Below, piece after piece: positions 62,563 through 64,000 of a DNA stretch of 64,000 nt. The stretch covers positions 32,738,001 through 32,802,000 of the forward strand of contig NC_087245.1 of NCBI RefSeq assembly GCF_037042905.1. Reading direction: 5' to 3'. The position numbers were made by a program, and so were the translations under genes. This stretch comes from Lytechinus pictus. Its lineage: Eukaryota. The notes under the pieces are model-generated. The model was not told the origin of the DNA. It did no database searches and worked only from the letters and a program-made list of their open reading frames with translations. The first letter of the stretch is position 1. Each line of letters opens with the position of its first letter.

Positions 62563-63595
62563 TATACCCCGTCAAAGAAGTTTGAAGGGGGTATATAGGA
62601 ATCAGCGGTTGATTGCAAATATTGCACTTCAAACTACTTCCTCAGTTTTAAACCGATTTTCATGAAACTTGGAAAACATATCGGTGTTGGAGTGAAGATG
62701 TGCAAGACATACATTTTGTGTGTGTCAGAAATCATGTTGCCACGGTAATGGCATGTTTAATGACAAAAATTGGGTAAAAAACTTTCAGATTTAAATACTT
62801 CCTCAGTTTTTAACCGATTTTCATGAAACTTGAAATACATATTGGTGTTGGGGTGAAGATGTGCAAGACATATATTTTGCATGTGTCGGACACTGTTTTG
62901 CCAAGGTAACAGTATATTTTGGCAAAAATAAAGAAAAATCTTGCAGTTCAAACTACTTCCTCAGTTTTTAACCGATTTTCATGAAATTTGGTACACACAT
63001 TGGTAGGCCTATAGATGTAAAGATGTGCAAAACATATATTTTGTGTGTGTCGGAAATCATGTTGCCATGGTAATGGCATGTTATATGACAAAAATGGGTA
63101 TAAAACTTTCAGTTTTAAATACTTCATCAATTTTCAACCTATTCTCATTGAATTAGGCTCACACATTGGGTTCGAGCTTAAGATGTACAGGACATATTTT
63201 TGCATTTGTTAGAAATTGTGTTGCCATGGTAACAATATATAAAATGTCAAAAATTAGATAAAAATCTATTGGTTCGAACAACTTGATTAGTTTTCAACCA
63301 ATTCTTATGAAATTCGGCTCACACATTGGTCTCGAGGTAAAGATGTACAGGTAATATTTTTGCGTGCGTTGGAAATTGTGTTGCCATGGTAACAATATAT
63401 AATATGTCAAAAAAAATAGGCAAAAATCTTTTGGTTCAAACTACTTTATCAGTAATTCTCATATTTTGCTCACACATATATGTACATGTAGGTCTTGGGG
63501 TAAAGATGGGCAAGACATATTATTTTCCATGTGTTGGAAACTGTTGCCATGGTAACGGCATAGGGCGGTGGTATTAATAACCTTCAGTGATTTTG
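62563..63595 (+). mobile_element. Probable HINE-like element (third family) with ~160-bp tandem units
   Basis: 5' stem-loop TATACCCC...GGGGTATA, about six diverged tandem units (ACTTCCTCAGTTTT..CCGATTTTCATGAAA...GTTGCCATGGTAAC), and a 3' GCGGTGGTAT subterminal motif. Confidence 0.6.
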
Positions 63596-63849
63596 ATAGG
63601 TTGACAGCAAACATGCTGTTAGAATTACGGTACCATTTATCATATGTTTAATGTAAAAAAAAAGATGCATTGTGTAAAAGTGACACAATGTTGCTTCATA
63701 AATCGTAAGTTCTGAGTAATTATTATTGTCTTTCCTTATTTTAATGGCAGTGGTGGGATGATATCCCGTGCTGTTAGTATGATTGGTGCAGAGTACTAGC
63801 CGATTTTGTTAACATTATTTTAATCCTGTGTGGATCATTGTGACCCACT

Positions 63850-64000
63850 CCAGCGGATTAGTCTCCAGACTTTGAAACAGAAGGTTGTTGGTTTGAACCC
63901 AGCGGTGGCCTTAATGTCCTTCAGCAAGAAATTGACTCACATTGTGCTGTGCTCAAATGTGTAAATGTGTACCTGGCATGAGTTTATTCCTTGAAATGCT
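63850..64000 (+). mobile_element. Degenerate copy of the tRNA-derived SINE seen at 19927-20198, truncated by the window end
   Basis: TTTGAAACAGAAGGTTGTTGGTTTGAACCC...TCCTTCAGCAAGAAATTGACTCACATTGTGCTG. Confidence 0.7.

Noticed and set aside
63751..63761. Candidate next CAP-Gly exon after ggcag
   Set aside because: The required frame reads V-V-G-stop with no GKNDG-like motif; the true exon is probably beyond the window.

Overview
Eukaryotic, intron-rich and repeat-dense animal DNA. It is probably a sea urchin or other marine deuterostome, inferred from repeat types and gene structure only. No prokaryotic operon, CRISPR array, rRNA or intact tRNA was found. (1) The 5' part of a Ty3/Gypsy-type LTR retrotransposon lies on the minus strand: putative LTR ~2764-3066, tRNA-Ser(GCU) primer-binding site 2751-2763, and an uninterrupted gag ORF from 1412 that runs off the window edge and is absent from the ORF track. 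This Gag starts with a ComEA-like double helix-hairpin-helix domain, the most unusual signal here. (2) BLOC1S5/Muted is on +, with four coding exons in 9183-18414; the first exon was not found, and a decayed CR1-group LINE lies antisense in the last intron. (3) A two-exon, 143-aa MAPEG (MGST1/PTGES-like) gene on - lacks the canonical glutathione-binding motif. (4) Divergently, a long + strand gene (9 exons reconstructed, 28960 to >62474) encodes a coiled-coil, Ser/Pro-rich protein with a CAP-Gly domain that continues beyond the window. Its introns hold a 4.3-kb near-perfect foldback element with a 6-bp TSD, Helentron-type (HINE) elements with tandem transcription-factor-like motifs, many MITEs, SINEs, mini/microsatellites, and tandem duplications of its own splice junctions. 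All calls are from manual reading and translation; no searches were run.
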